DNA of 64,000 bases from Phoronis australis (GCA_002633005.1 NMRA01000001.1:1149755-1213754); one strand, 5' to 3'. Positions 11,577 through 25,500 are shown, numbered from the stretch's first letter. Made by a program: numbers and translations. The notes: generated by a model from the sequence alone, not told the origin.

Positions 11577-13560
11577 TTTTTTTGTGGTAAAACATTTATT
11601 AATTCAATCAACCCTTACATAGTTGTACAGCAGTATGAAATCTAGTCAAGTACATCAAACAGGTTAGAAACATTATCGAACCCTATAAAAGCTAATTGCT
11701 AGGCAAAAAAGATGACCACCTTGCCTGGAATCTCTCAGGAGCCAATTTGTATTTGTATATATTTTTTCCAGGTTGTGGTAGTAACATACCTACCGTAAAA
11801 ATTACTGAAAATACCCACCGTAAAAATTACTGAAAATTGGGCTTAGCCTTTTGCAGTTTTTGCCTATATAAATGAAATTTCGCTAAGCAAAGAATTAAAT
11901 TTACAACTTCCAATCTACAGACTGGATCTCCAAACAAGGCAGTAGACATATTTGACTGCAAAGGGAAATCGCACTGATTTATCATCCATGTTTTTAAACT
12001 TCTCCAAAAATTCTGAACAAGTGAACATTCCCAATACAAATATAGACTTGTTTCTTCGTTTTGCTCACAGAAAGAACACAAAGACGATTAACTGACACCT
12101 ATTTTCTTTATGCACGAGTTTGTACCAAGTCTGTGGTTGATACGGAATTGAAACCATCTGAGCCTGACATCGAAAGTACAATGATAAATTACAGAATGAT
12201 TTTTTTTTCAAGACTGAGTATCACCGACCAAGCTAGTTTCTCTCTTCATTTCCGCGAAAGGTTTTACATACAATTTGAAAATGAACAATTCATAGATTTT
12301 CCCCGTCCCTTTATTTTCCGAGGAGATTCGAAAAATATGTTCGAGGGAAAAGGTGTTACTATAGTACGGTACTCTTGTCTCTCAGATGATTCCAAGAACG
12401 AAGTATTGAACTTCGAATTCCATAAAAATGAGTAATACAAGGACAAAATTGAAAACGTATACAAAAGGTACGATAATCATCAATATAGCCTTTATCTGGG
12501 TCATTTAAATCGTACACGTTTCGTATACCCTTTTGAAACCAGTCGTACCCAAAAACTGGACTAATATGTATGCAAATTTTGGGGTTATACCACAAAGGTT
12601 GGTACAAAGGATCATCAATATCACACAGATTGATAAATTCTTATAAGATATAAAAATATCTTTTTAAAAATATTCTGAATACGATTAGATACTTGAAGGA
12701 AAAAAACAAGACCCTAATTGAATCATTTTTATATTAGGAATAGTTTGACATAAAATATTTAGCCAGGGAGAAGCATTGTTATAATAATTTTTGAAGAATC
12801 TCCGAATCCAAGTCAGTTTAATAGCTTTGACAAATGACACAATATGGACCATATTTCCACCTCCATCTTCAGATTTCTTGATCTTTCTAGAGATTCTATT
12901 AATAGAGGTAACCCATATATAATTAAAAATATTTTTTCAATGTCCTTTAAAAGAGTAGGACTTGGATGAGGAAGTGTGTAAAAGAGGTGAATCAGTTTTG
13001 GCAATAAAAAAATCACAACCGTTATCTTAGTGAAGGTAGATAAATTTCTTTTTGACCAATTTTAATACTCTTTTCTAACCTCGTTCAATTATACGTCGTA
13101 GTTTAACTGAATCAACCTGTAAGTTGACAGAGAAGGTAATTCCAAGGGATGTGAACTGGGAACTTGCCCATTTTAAATCTTTTTTGCAGCAAAGTTTATC
13201 ACCACAATATATTTTGGAACCAATCCATATACAAACAGTTTTATCGATATTGGATTTCAAACCAGAATATTTAGCAAATTGATCAAAAAGGTTAAGTGAT
13301 GATTTTAAAGAGGTCTCTGAACCATCTAGAAAGAGGACCGGGTTGTCTGCATATTGCATTAATTTATACTCTAAAGAGCCTACTTTTATGCCTTTAACAT
13401 TCTCGCATTTCCTCAACATAGATGCCATAATTTCGGCTCACAACAAAAAAAGATAAGGTGGCAGGGGATCTTCATGTCTGCAACCTTGGCAAATGTTAAA
13501 GTAGTTAGATGTAAAGCCATACTGAATGACCGAAAGTTGGACACTTTCACTGAGTATTCG
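11577..13560 (-). mobile_element. Decayed, 5'-truncated L1/Tx1-clade LINE (ORF2 RT and C-terminal zinc knuckle)
   Basis: Fragmented ORFs: QGCRH.DPLPPYLF, GIKVGSLEYKLMQYADN (YADD-like), SGLKSNIDKT, QPLWYNPKI, CSFCEQNEETSLYLYWEC; AATAAA and A-run at the 3' end; many frameshifts and stops. Confidence 0.85.
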
Positions 13561-14148
13561 TTATGTCCAATTAAAATTAAGTACGTTGGAATACGCAATA
13601 CTAAGAGTTGATTAAGCAACAGTGCGCCGAGTTGAGTAAAAGCAGAACGATAACGTTGGCGATAGTGCGGGTGTTTTTCCTGTGACTTGTTCTCGACCTA
13701 TACTTCAATAAATAACGTTCGACAGGCATTGCATGATTATTAACTTCTGTACTGTGGTGATTTAAAATGAATAAAATGCTTGTGCAAGCCCACTTTATCT
13801 GCGTTTGAGTTACTTAAAATCTCAACGATTACATTGCTTGTGAAAATTTTAAAATAAAGATGTCTGTTTCAAACTACCTACAACTAAGAACAAACGCAAT
13901 GAACAAACCTGTTGGTCCATGTCATTGATTCGTTCGTTCATTTAGCTAATTGGAAAGTAGTCCTAATTTGTTCTTATAGCTTGTTAATTATTTCTTTGGG
14001 AAACTTGATACCCCACAAGTTTACTATGGTGTCTAAGAGTTACGTTGCATTGAGCACTCCATGGTCCAGACAGAAGTTGCATGTATTAATTAACTCGAAG
14101 TCGCTGTTTTGACTTCAGGAGAAAAGTTGTCTGTGACAAGTAAAAGCA

Positions 14149-15189
14149 TCAGGCAGCTATTACTCGATCGTGCATCGTTGCACATTTCAATACATTTAAC
14201 GTCGTTACGTTTGTTAATTGCGTAGTTATAATACGCAAAAGTTTTCTAAACTCCTTGGCAAATGTCTTCGTTGAGCACGCATAAACAATTGGGTTCAGCG
14301 CCGAGTTTAAACAGACTAGTTGAAAAAGAAAATATCTGACGGAGTAAACCCACCAAGGGACCTCATCTTTCATAGGAACATACGAAGCAAGAATAGCTGG
14401 TAGATTGCACACAAGAAATAATGCAACGACACGGAGCATAAATTGTGTAACTTTAAAACCATTATCTCGAACTGTGTCCACAAATCCATCCGGAGTCACG
14501 ATCGCGGGATTTTTTTGCTTCCAACACGCAATAAGGGCAACTACAGAATAAAGGGAGATTATAAGAATGATTGGAACGTGTGACCCAAATATAAACAAAA
14601 TATAGTCGATGGCTGTTTGATACAGTCCATTAATTACACACCTAGTACCTGGGTTGTATCTTTCTCTGGAAGCTGTTGATGCCATCCACGTTACGGAAAG
14701 TACTTGGTAAAGACAAGCCACCATTGTCATTGACAAACATTTCCGACGAGTCATAATAACGACATGGCGCAGCGGAAAGGCGACAAAGATGAAGCGGTCG
14801 ATGGCAATTGCCACAAGAATCATATAACCAGCTCCTATAGGAAATGCCTTCATGCAAAGTGAAGAGACACACATCGCAAAGCTCGTCAGTGCACCAATGG
14901 GCAGACTTCTCCAGAAAAGCGGAATGACAAATTTTTGTAAAATATCGATGGGAACACCAATTAACGCTGTTGTTATGTCCAGAGTAGCCAGCGTAACAAT
15001 GAATACGTTGCTCGGCTCCTGACGAATTTCCACGCTGATTATGTATGACCCAATCACTAACAAGTTTCCGAAAACAGCAGCAAGTATCACCAGAAATGAA
15101 AACGTCATGTGTAAAGCTAGGACGCTGTCAGGGATGTTTTCTCGAATGTACCATGGCGCTTGCTGCTCCGAAATGTTCGTGAAATTCAT
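14149..15189 (-). CDS. Intronless class A (rhodopsin-like) GPCR, 346 aa
   Basis: Seven hydrophobic segments; TM1 GN, TM2 LATLD, TM3 IAIDRF..V.FPLRH, TM6 CNLP, TM7 NSALNPIVY; N-terminal sequons NFT and NIS; first ATG at 15189. Confidence 0.93.
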   Translation of the reverse strand: MNFTNISEQQAPWYIRENIPDSVLALHMTFSFLVILAAVFGNLLVIGSYIISVEIRQEPSNVFIVTLATLDITTALIGVPIDILQKFVIPLFWRSLPIGALTSFAMCVSSLCMKAFPIGAGYMILVAIAIDRFIFVAFPLRHVVIMTRRKCLSMTMVACLYQVLSVTWMASTASRERYNPGTRCVINGLYQTAIDYILFIFGSHVPIILIISLYSVVALIACWKQKNPAIVTPDGFVDTVRDNGFKVTQFMLRVVALFLVCNLPAILASYVPMKDEVPWWVYSVRYFLFQLVCLNSALNPIVYACSTKTFAKEFRKLLRIITTQLTNVTTLNVLKCATMHDRVIAA

Positions 15190-15611
15190 AATCGCCCGTT
15201 CACGGATAGGCAAAGAACTGGCAATACGCTTGTTTTCGAACGATTTCACAAACTTTTTGCGATGTCTGTCTTGCAGAAGAGACTCGTATAAGAGCTGTTT
15301 ACCACTTTTTACTTGATGATCATCTTAAATGCTTGCGTACTTCCCATTTAGTATACTCGGGTGACTACGTTCATTGACAACTTGCGTCAACGACGCTCTG
15401 CGTACAGCAATAAAAGGAGTGAGTTGGCAAAAAATAGGTCGTTATAGGGGATATTTTATAGTTCTTGCAGCCAGAATAAGCCGATGTTTCCACCGAAGTG
15501 GTAACTTTTTGCGCCCCTGACTAGGTAGCCATTGGTTTTTGAAGAATGTCTATTGTACAGGTTTTCAAGGCTGTACTTCATTACGACTATCAAGCGGACA
15601 CGTCATCTATT

Positions 15612-15818
15612 CATGCGCTCAACCCATTTGGCGAAGTGGGCAAAAAGGTCTGCCCCACAGAAACAAAAAATCGGAGAAAACGAGACAAAAGTCCATTACA
15701 GAGGCGCGAATGTACAATTTATAGGTCTGAACGTGGTACTCCGTTTTTTAGTCTCCCGTTTTTTGTTAGTAAAAGGTCCGCGTTATCAAAAATTCGAGCC
15801 CCCCTGGGTGCGGGCATG
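15612..15818. mobile_element. MITE with CATG termini and 5-bp target duplication
   Basis: catgcgc ... ctgggtgcgggcatg with CTATT on both flanks; same family at 7966, 55263 and about 62350-62484. Confidence 0.7.
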
Positions 15819-16118
15819 CTATTTGTAATGTATGTACAATAGAGGCATCTTAATACTTATACTGATGTTTATGGTCTGTATGATGATCTTAACAGCAACT
15901 GCATTGCCCACAAGTGCATGCTTAGGCTTCATGTACGAGCGCGTAATTTCATACAACCCCCATGGACGGCGGAGATACGGAAAATTCCCGTTAAAGCAGT
16001 CCTTAAATGGATGCCGTGTCTGATTTATTTCGGGTGGATATGTCTACCGGTACTGGAGTCGTATTATAAGACGTCAAAAATTTTAAAAATTGGCCAACTT
16101 TCATCTAAGGGTCACCAT

Positions 16119-17862
16119 AGACCCTATTCACGCCGACAGGAGGCGCATTCCAAAACGAGGCTCGCTACGATACCTCTGTTAGCTTATCGGCGTATAGTTC
16201 TGTGTTTCAGTTCCGCGAACGGCTAGAAAAAATACGGACACGCAACTGTCTGCTTCACAATATCTAAAGACGTTGAGATTTGAAACCGTTGGGTCAAATT
16301 ATGTCCGTATAAAATTTATAAATGTTTTCGAAAAGTTAGATCATCAGTATTTTGTCGCATGTCGGTCTGTTGTTAAGCATCATAACGACCGGAGAATGGG
16401 CCAGCCATGCTGTGTTTTCATGACTACGGATTTAGGGGGGTGGGGCATGGCCCCCCCCCCCTAAAATTTATCAGATCCCATTTTTGAGTTCGGGTGCGAA
16501 TTGCTGACTAGCACATGTGCGCAACCAGCGGCGGGTCTTGGGGGGTGAATAAACACAACGCATAGGCGCTGAATGAACCCCGTACCGTTTTTTTTAGTCA
16601 ACAGGTCCGCAAACCCAAGAATTCAAGACCCCTGCATACCCAGAGTTTAGGATGGGCGCGCGCATCTGCCGAAATGCTGCTTATTCCTGTACCCTGCCTG
16701 GGCCCCTAACTGAAAAACCTGGATCCGCCCCTGCTACGGATTGAAACATAATTTTTCTTTCCAAAAAGGACAGGGCCCTCAATCCCTCAAATTTGGTGCC
16801 CAATATCGGCCCTATTCCCCTCTCAAACATCTTTAAATATCACGCGAAATTCCCCCCACGAGGCATAAAAATTCCCCTAGTGAAAATCTCTCTGAGTTCA
16901 CACTTCAGGTGACAATTTTTAAGAGCACAAAAGGCTACTTTAAATTGAGGCAGAGCCTATGAGAGCTTGCAACAGGCCGGGTTTGCTATTGAAGGGTGAT
17001 CGGGAGGTAGATTGTTCCCGCCCTCACTCGGCGAAAAAATCGCCACACAGTAGGCACTGGCACCGTTCCCCTCGGATGAATCGAGGCTCCTCAGTGCAGA
17101 AACATGATAACTATGATTGCATTGTCCAGTTAACTGAAATTGAGTTCTAAAACGATGTTATGTTTTGGACGAACGAATTAGGTGTATTAATTTTAAAATT
17201 CAACTTGGTCCAGATTGATATTTGAAATCTAACACATGAAATAGACGTAAGAATTATGGTCAAATAATTTTAATTTCAATTACGAGCCTGTTTTTTAATT
17301 TAATAAAAATATATTACTGAAATAACATCAATTATTCTTTCAGACCAATGACAAATCAACTGTTAGTCCCAGTGAGTGCATAGGATCAGGCTATGCTTGA
17401 TGTTAATATTCTTGATCAACAAATTAAACCAGATGTGACTAATTGCACATGACAGACTCCACTGTCGAATATGTCTTCAACTCGTCAACAATACGAGTAG
17501 ATGACCTGGTCCGCGTAGAAAGTATTTTGATAGACTATTTACAAGAAAAAACGTAACCCTGCATTCAGCATAGTAATCCATAACACGATCGCCGAAATTT
17601 GGTCATATTTACTTTTCATGTTTCGAACCTAGTTTTCCGAAAAAAAATAAACCCTTTCGTCAGACAACTCTTTGGCGCCTTAACTTGTTCTCTAATGTAA
17701 TTTTCTACGTCTCTGTGGTTAATTGTCGACACATCATTAACATTTAATATCCAGGTTGGACTCGAAAGACCGGCTATTTAACTCACGCAATGTGTACTTT
17801 CGCTTTGTTTATCGCAGTGAGCCTCGCTTTGGATCTTAATGGCCGCCGCGTGAATAGGGTCT
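16119..17862. mobile_element. Non-autonomous DNA transposon (ISL2EU/PIF-Harbinger-like) with nested MITE fragments
   Basis: Perfect TIR AGACCCTATTCACGC / GCGTGAATAGGGTCT, AT on both flanks; G-rich MITE pieces nested at about 16430-16735. Confidence 0.7.
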
Positions 17863-18257
17863 ATTGGAAGAAAAAATCTCTCAGTATTTTATCCTTTGGT
17901 TGGGAGCATACAACTGGTTATGTAAAATTATCCGTGTTTGGGACAATTTGAGATTAGTTTGTTTTAGCGGTGAGAGGTCTAATTTCCCAATTAATTTCTA
18001 TAACTACGTGAGTTTGGGCCAAAAAATGTAATACCGTGGATTTCCAACAAAACGTACATTGCCAGAATACACGATCGCTTTTTTCGGGACCAAAAACCTC
18101 TGGTGATGTTTAGAAAAAATTGCCCCAAAATGACTGTTTAACGCATAATGATAATACATGTATATATCTGGTTTCATCAACAGGGCAGCGAAGTCAACTT
18201 ACTGAAAATCGGCCGGGCACTTTTTCAGAAATCTCTTGCAAAAGAATACAGCCTCCC

Positions 18258-18395
18258 GTTCAGTAACGCTAGGACCTCGCTAAAAAGCAAGACTTCGCGA
18301 GATTACGTGAGATATTGCCGTGTATTTCAAATGAGAACATGTGACTTTGACTAGGTTTTAGCTAGGTCCTAGCGTAGGTCCTAGCGTCTACTGAA
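18258..18395. mobile_element. Short MITE; second copy at about 62197-62327
   Basis: TIRs GTTCAGTAACGCTAGGACCT / AGGTCCTAGCGTCTACTGAAC; interior aaaaagcaagacttcgc shared with the 62.2-kb copy. Confidence 0.75.
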
Positions 18396-20614
18396 CACAC
18401 GTCAGGTTCTGGTCCTCGCCTCACAGTTTAAAGAAAAGGAAGAACTCCAACTGATTTCAGTTGAAGAACCTTGAGTTAATTCAGTAGTTGGCATCACGTG
18501 ACACTCGAAGTATAGAAAAAGACAATTCCGAGCCTTTAGAACTGACATCGATTTATTTAAAACAAATATGCCAACTAAAAATATCTCATCACCACATCAA
18601 AAATCGGACCCATAGGCCTACTACCATTTTCGTCTTTGTAACTGCTCTAGCGTTCCCACTGTAGTGACACGACGACGCTTACAATGACTTGTTCAAGTGA
18701 ATTCTGTCTAAAACCTAGTTTAGGAACTGTCTTCCGCCCTGGCAACATCAATTCTAGCTTCGCCACTGAGCACTGCGCGTTGCCGCACTGTGTGCCGTGG
18801 TAGTCGTTTTTACTTTGTTGGATGGTGACGTATCATGGCATAATTTGGATCCACAGATTGGAACAGAATTGCATGCACATGACATTTCAAATATTTCGCA
18901 GGTCTTAGATTTTTTTCTGATTTAGGTAACGCAGTTCTTACAACATTATGTGTTTGGTGATCCGACAACGAAAAACAAGCAATCTGTGACGGAAATGAAG
19001 CAAACAAAGCTCTGAAGTGTGAATTAGTCCTGCGAATTTCTGAAGTGTTTTTGACTGATGAGTGTCTTGGACTGTTTTTATAGCAACGGAAAAAGTCTTC
19101 CCATGGTTCGGAAGCGTTCGTGACCAACTTAATTTGTGAGGCTAATGGTTTGGATTTTGAACTTCGGTCAGCTAAATAGAAGAAAATGAAGGAAATGTGG
19201 TTTTAAGCAAAAACTCACAGAAGATAATCCAAATAGTAGACAGTTCTAAAGTTTTATTACAAACAAATTAAAAAATCACATTTCCAATAAATAACGACAA
19301 AGGTGATTGAAGATACATTATAGTTCAATAAGGGATTCCGTACTTGCGCCTCCTTGAAAGTGTGCCAATGCCGCGCTCATCAACAACGAGCCGTTTGGTA
19401 TCATTTTTAATTACATGTTCTAATTCTGGGAAGGTAGGTTTTTCAGTTTTTGTTCAAAGCGTTTGCTTTCAACAAGTGTATAACGTTCAATATACATACA
19501 GGCACTTCAGGGCTATGTCCTAGTAATCCGTGCGCGCCGATTTCAAGGCGCGGTGCAAGTTAATTTGCCATTTTCTGTTGGGAAGGACCGGAGAACACTC
19601 GAATATATATAGGTGAAAATGGAATAATTATGTTACTGGAACTTACAGGGTGTAGTCCGTCACCGTGACCGTATCGCATGTGTGGGACCAGACCGTGAGG
19701 TGTCTCTGGAGTCGTTTGTCAAGTGTAGTCACCGGAGGAGACCAACCCTTTATATCAGTCAGCCTGAGCCCGTCGCCGGAAAGTCCCGTCCTTTTAAAGT
19801 AAGTTTCAGAGAAAGAATTATTCCATCGCCACTTTTTGAACTAAAACTGGATGACTCACAACATTCATTCATGTAACTCAGTATATATTGCGTGCCCTTT
19901 TCTACAATCACCGTTGTTAGTTTTGCAAAATTCGATGGCTCTCGTATGGGTGTGCAAGAGATAACCGTTTGACGAATGTATAAAGTCGCGTATTTGTAAA
20001 ATACACTCTCCATGATAGCAAGTAGCAGCATATGTTAATAAAAACAACATCGAATTTAAAAGGGTTTTATGATTTCGGTGTCACCCGTGCTGAAACACTA
20101 CCAGACCAACAATGACAACCTGTGGTGGGCCAGTTGTCAATGGAGACTGGGCTTGCACCAACTTTTGTAGAGCCTCACGAATTTTATGCTCCTTTCTTGT
20201 TTCTGCTTGGTCTGTCACGATTACAGCAAAGTCAAGTTTCACGATATCACCACATGGAATATTATGGAACTGATATTAAGAGTAAAAATAATAATTCGAT
20301 TTTCGTTTTTAATCAGATGAACCGGACAAAATGTAACTCCTTTAAGCATAGACTTATGCAAGCCAAGATCTCACACAAATTAATGGAGCTGATCCTACAC
20401 AGAAATTTGTCCCGGCGTTCCTAGACCAAGTTTCTCTTTCCGTAACACACCATCAGCTATCAATGGCCTCGACCAACAAGCGTCTTAATTTGTTTCACCA
20501 GCCATTATCAAGTGAGATCAATTTAAAGTTGCGTGTGTACTTTCTCTTCTTTGGCAGGCCTAGGAATGATTACAGCGGTTAGTCAATTGTCGCAATATTG
20601 TCTGGTTTGCTGCG

Positions 20615-21610
20615 TTAATTGCTGCGCAAACTTAAAAGCCTTTTAAACTCAGTGTAAAATGTTTTTTTGTAGCAAGCATAAACAACCGGGTTCAAAGCGG
20701 AGTTCAAAAAGTTCAATTCCGTGAAGGAGTGTATTATAGAATGAATCCACCAGGGGTCGCTGTCGACGCTCAACGGTACCAGAAGAGTTACCATTGACGG
20801 GATGTTACAAAAAAGAAACAAGACAACAATTCGGAATATAAAGAATGTGACTTTATATTCCTGTCTCGGAGTTTGCTCGATATTCGAAGCCGGTGTTACA
20901 GTTTTACAATTTTTCCGATAAGCAATGAATGCAACCGTTGAATGCAAAAAAATCATGAGGGACAACGGCAGAAACGCTTTTAAAATCACACCAATGCGGC
21001 CTACTAAATTTCCTCCAATTGAGTAGAGTTCGTTGAAATAACACCTGTTTTCTGTGGGGTTGTACATGTGCCTGTACTTATAAACACCGTGTGTCGTGAA
21101 CACGGCTATAATTACTTGGTAAAGAAACGCCGCCATAACCATCAGCAAGCATTTCTTACGATTCATAATGACCACGTATCGCAACGGAAAAACGATGAAG
21201 ATGAAACGCTCCACGGCAATGGCAACGAGAAGACTGTAGCCAAATCCTGTTAAAAACGAGTGAAAGTAAAGCGCCGACACACATGTTTCAAAACATGTCA
21301 GAATTTGAATGGGTAACTGTCTCCACAAAAGCGGGATGAAAAACTTTTGCAACATATGAATTGGGATTCCCAGAAGCCCTTTTGTTAGATCCGTGACGGC
21401 AAGAGCGATAATGAAAACGTTACTGGTCTCCTCTTGCAAGACGTTGCTGGTGACGTAAGCTACAATCACCAAGAAGTTTCCAAATGCTGCTGCAACAATG
21501 ATGGCAATTTCAATCAGCAAGTGAACTACTACAGCGCCAAGCGGAATCACCTCCTTTGCGTACCAAGGCACTTGCTGAACTGACTCGTTCGTCACGTTGA
21601 TAGCATTCAT
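20615..21610 (-). CDS. Intronless class A (rhodopsin-like) GPCR, 331 aa, paralogue of 14149-15189
   Basis: Seven TM segments; FGNFLVI, LAVTD, IAVERFIFIVFPLRY, CNIP, NSALNPVVY; sequons NVT and NES; aligns end to end with the neighbouring GPCR (QQ.PWY..E.IP, F.IPL.WR.LPI). Confidence 0.93.
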   Translation of the reverse strand: MNAINVTNESVQQVPWYAKEVIPLGAVVVHLLIEIAIIVAAAFGNFLVIVAYVTSNVLQEETSNVFIIALAVTDLTKGLLGIPIHMLQKFFIPLLWRQLPIQILTCFETCVSALYFHSFLTGFGYSLLVAIAVERFIFIVFPLRYVVIMNRKKCLLMVMAAFLYQVIIAVFTTHGVYKYRHMYNPTENRCYFNELYSIGGNLVGRIGVILKAFLPLSLMIFLHSTVAFIAYRKNCKTVTPASNIEQTPRQEYKVTFFIFRIVVLFLFCNIPSMVTLLVPLSVDSDPWWIHSIIHSFTELNFLNSALNPVVYACYKKTFYTEFKRLLSLRSN

Positions 21611-21959
21611 GACCACGTCCCAGAGTCTAATTGTTTAACAACACCACACGATATGAAATTTCTCGCCTGACTGTATTTCTTGTAAATCGCTGTATTTTTA
21701 TATGGTATGATAGATCATGTACTTCAAAGATGCAATAGGTATAATTATTAATATTGCCGTAGGCCTTTAGTCAGCACAAGTCATTTTTCATTAGTTAATG
21801 GAGCTGTACTGCTGTTAATTTCTTAATGCACAAAATACTTCTGGCCCACAAACGTATTTGGACAAAAATAAAACATTAAGTATTTGCTTTGTTGTTGTTG
21901 TTGTTTCTTTTATCAGCGGCTAACACGTCTTTTGCTAGATATAAATTTCAGTTCAATTC

Positions 21960-22980
21960 AGGGTCGTGGGAAGTGGGGGGCCCAAAAAAATTGCAAGCGC
22001 CGGGATTAAACCGTAGCAACCGACATAGACGTGGAACCGGTGACAGTTGAGAAATGAAAGGCTGCAAATACGGATAAGAGAGAAAGTTCAAGAGAACATT
22101 TCAAGTGACGACTCAGTATCATTGCATGGTTTACCCTTTGAGGGCCCTGGGCAGGACATTGTTTTTAAGGTCTTCGTTTTTGCAGTATACATGTAGGTCG
22201 TCTGAACGCACTTGAAAACGTGCACTTTATATTCTTACATGTATTTCGAAATATTTAGAAAATTCGTAAAGCGAAGCTGTTGCGGAGTATATTAATTCAG
22301 TGGATTTTTAAATTCAGTAAGACAATTTTACAAATGCAAAACCATACTTTTTAGAGGCCCTTCTCTAGCAAGGGATAACGGAGACAATTGTCCCTCAAAA
22401 TTTTCGTTTTTTCTCTCAATTGTATATCACGTGAGAAAAATTGATGGCCTGGCTGACAGATAACATCAATTGCTGAGCATTGCCTGATTTTTGAAAATAT
22501 CGATCTTTTCATATATGTAGGGGCCCATTCCCTGAAAGGGGTCATTGATGACATTCAGGTGGTCACCCTTTTCGTGTTTTTATTGACAAATTCTTAAGGG
22601 GCTGCTGACGAAAGGAGGGCCCGATGTTAGAATTGATTACCTCTATTTTTCAGTTTTTCGTGAAATCGTATAACGAGCTTTCATGTTGAGGAAGGTCACT
22701 ACTTGCAGAGTAACACGACGATGGATTGAACTGCCATTTTTCTCAAGCTTAATGATGTTTATCGTTTCATCTTAGGCGTCCCATTTCAGATAGGTCCCTA
22801 TCTCGGGGCGGTTCGAGGGAATTGTCCCTTTGTCCCTCTATACATGTAAATTCGACACTGCCAAGTATTCACGAGGGGAACTTGAGATTCTAAATTCATC
22901 AAAAAACACCAAAAAATGTGCACAGCACAGCAGTATCAAGACATTCGAGGGAAATAATCAAAAAATGTGGAAAATGCAAA
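21960..22980 (+). mobile_element. Dispersed repeat of about 1 kb (copy 1), probable non-autonomous DNA transposon
   Basis: Starts cagggtcgtgggaag; colinear inverted match to 28785-29590 and 27120-27240. Confidence 0.65.
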
Positions 22981-23269
22981 AGAACTGACCGCATACTACA
23001 CAAACTGAGCACGTCATGGCTGACCGATGTAAACATGCAGTAGGTTCGTGCACAATCTCAGAGATCTACGGGAACTGAATTTGAACTCCAAGCGTTGAAG
23101 TGTGTACATTTTTGGGACACACTCTGTATCGTTTTCCCCAGCCACCAGAACCTGGTCTATCGTCTGTGTTTGAACAAGGTATTCTGTAACGTCCCCAAAG
23201 ACACTATACTAAGGACCTCGGGACCCCACCTTCCCAAAAAATTCCTTCAAAGAATGGACGTAATAAAAT

Positions 23270-25500
23270 GAACTTTTCCCGAAACTGGCTCATGACCTTA
23301 AAACAGGCAAGACGCAGAACATGTTGACCGCAAGAATTAGCCTTGATAAGTTAATTCATAACGGTCTAGTGTATCATTATGACGGGAAAAAGTTGAAGTT
23401 CAAGCCGCTCACGCGCAGAGTATTCTTCAGGTGCAACCTCAAGACACACTCACGGGGGCTCAATCTGGCTACACGTTAGCGGTTAGGACACAGCCCACTC
23501 TCTGTGGTCGAGTGAAATGCGCAAGGTCTTGCGAATGAAATTCGTAAGCAAGACGTTCAAGCATATCTATTTGAACACGATATTATTATGTGTTTCGGAA
23601 ACGTGTGCGAAAACAACGCCACGTCAGTTTGTCAGGTTACGCGTCGCTAAGTGCTTGTATATATAGCTCATTGCTTTATTGTAATAAGAAAGCCAAAACT
23701 TGGCAGGTACTCCGGTGGTGTCAGTGTCTCTGTAAAGCATTCAATATCAGATTATTTCAGGCGTATAAATATTCAGTTTTTACTTGGTATTGTTTTTAAA
23801 TGCGACAAAAATTTGGTAAACGTCGAGAAAGACTTTATTATGTGCTTCGTCTATTTACCCCCTGAAGGGTCTGTTTCTTATGAAAATATGTCAGAAAGAA
23901 ACGGTGTTGCATTTCTGCATGTAATGAACTGTCAAAATTAGCCAATCAACACCAAGATTGCTATTTACTCATAATGGGTGACTTAAACGCCCGAACCAGC
24001 TTTCTTGATGGCTTTATTTTGGACGACAATTCAAAATATTTAACCATGTCACGTCTGGTACGAGTCAGATACATTTCCTCTTTCAAGGAAATCTCAAGAC
24101 GACACAGTAAACAACTTTGGTATCTCCCTCATCGACATGTGATGTGCTGTCAAATTCGACGTATAATTTCCCAAGCATTGGCTTCATCTAATTCTAAGCG
24201 TAATCTTCAGGCTTTCCAACCCAAATTGAGAGCAATCTCATCTTTAAGAGTCATCAAGAAACGAATGAATTATCTCGCTGGATGGCATTTTGGAGAACCT
24301 CTTTCGCAGTACCGGAAACAGCTGATTCTTTCTTCAAAGGTCAAACCGCAGAGCATTATGGGAGACATTCGGTTGTTTTGATCAATCAGAATTTCAGAAA
24401 ACAAACAAATAAAAGAAAAAATATGTACAGGTAATAGATCGATCCAATACTTACGAAAAGTCTAATTAAGTATCAGAGAGTATGTTTCAATGGTTTTTAT
24501 GCAGATTCACGGTGTTTTAAAAACGTATTGAAAACGGATCGTATGACTTTAATGTACATAATTGTAAATGGTCGGTTTCCAAAATGATGCGTATGGTAAT
24601 TTTACATGTTTTGCTTCAGGAGGTTCCAGTTTAGTTGATTATTTACTTACATCTACTGATTTGTGTGAAATTGTAAACAATTTTAAAGTAGATGCCTGGA
24701 CGAGCCAGATCACTTGGGTATCATGTGTAGCTTTAGCGTGAAGAACCAATGATTACGTCGTGTGATGAGACACATGTGTTGCGTGTTAGTATTAAGTGGG
24801 ATAGTGCCAAAACAGTTGAATACTCGCAGGCGTTTCCAGTCGAATTACACGAGTGAGCAATGACAATAGAAGAGCACTTAATACAAAATGATGTAGACAA
24901 GGCGGTTCAGTGTATCTCAGATTTATATTTTCAGACCGCTTTGACATTTTCACATCATAAACGAGTCGTTCGCTGGAATACGTAAAGGCAAGAAACTAAG
25001 TCAACCCATGTGGTGGGATAAAGAATTAGAATCTGCCAAAAACGCTAAAAGTGAATCTTGAAGTCGATTTCGGTGTTATACATCCCCTTCAAACATGGAT
25101 GATTATAAATCGAAAAGAAAACAATTCCGTGAATTATTTAGACAAAAAGAGACAAATTATGAAGCTCAGTTACTGGAAAATATTTCCAAGAACAACCCAA
25201 AAGAGTTTTTGGAAAACGATCAAATTTAGTCATAACGCAACAACCGACGGAGGTGCGCAGCCACGTCTAAAATGGTGATTATTTTAAGAGTCTGATAAAC
25301 CAAGAAGTGCCTGTTAGCTATTCACTCATGAACACTGTCGTCGATAGGGAGACTCAGTAGTCATGACAACTGCTGTGACAAGTGTAGACCTACCCAGTAA
25401 CATACAACGTGATTTCAATGCAGACATTCCGTGTTCTGAAATTATCCAGAAAATCGATCAACTCCCATGCCGCTGGCATTGAGTGAAGTTACTTTTGAAA
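23270..25500 (+). mobile_element. Decayed CR1/L2-type LINE: ORF1 C-terminus, APE endonuclease and linker
   Basis: ARISLDKLIHNG (ORF1 end), SGGVSV, VYLPPEGS, MGDLNART, GNFTCF..GSSLVDY, WWDKEL, NPKEF; heavily frameshifted; no RT core seen. Confidence 0.75.

Noticed and set aside
15190-15249. Extended N-terminus of the first GPCR given by the ORF track
   Set aside because: Non-ATG start; the ATG at 15189 aligns with the paralogue's start
18400-20110. Possible transposase remnants between the GPCRs
   Set aside because: No convincing catalytic motif could be read in any frame
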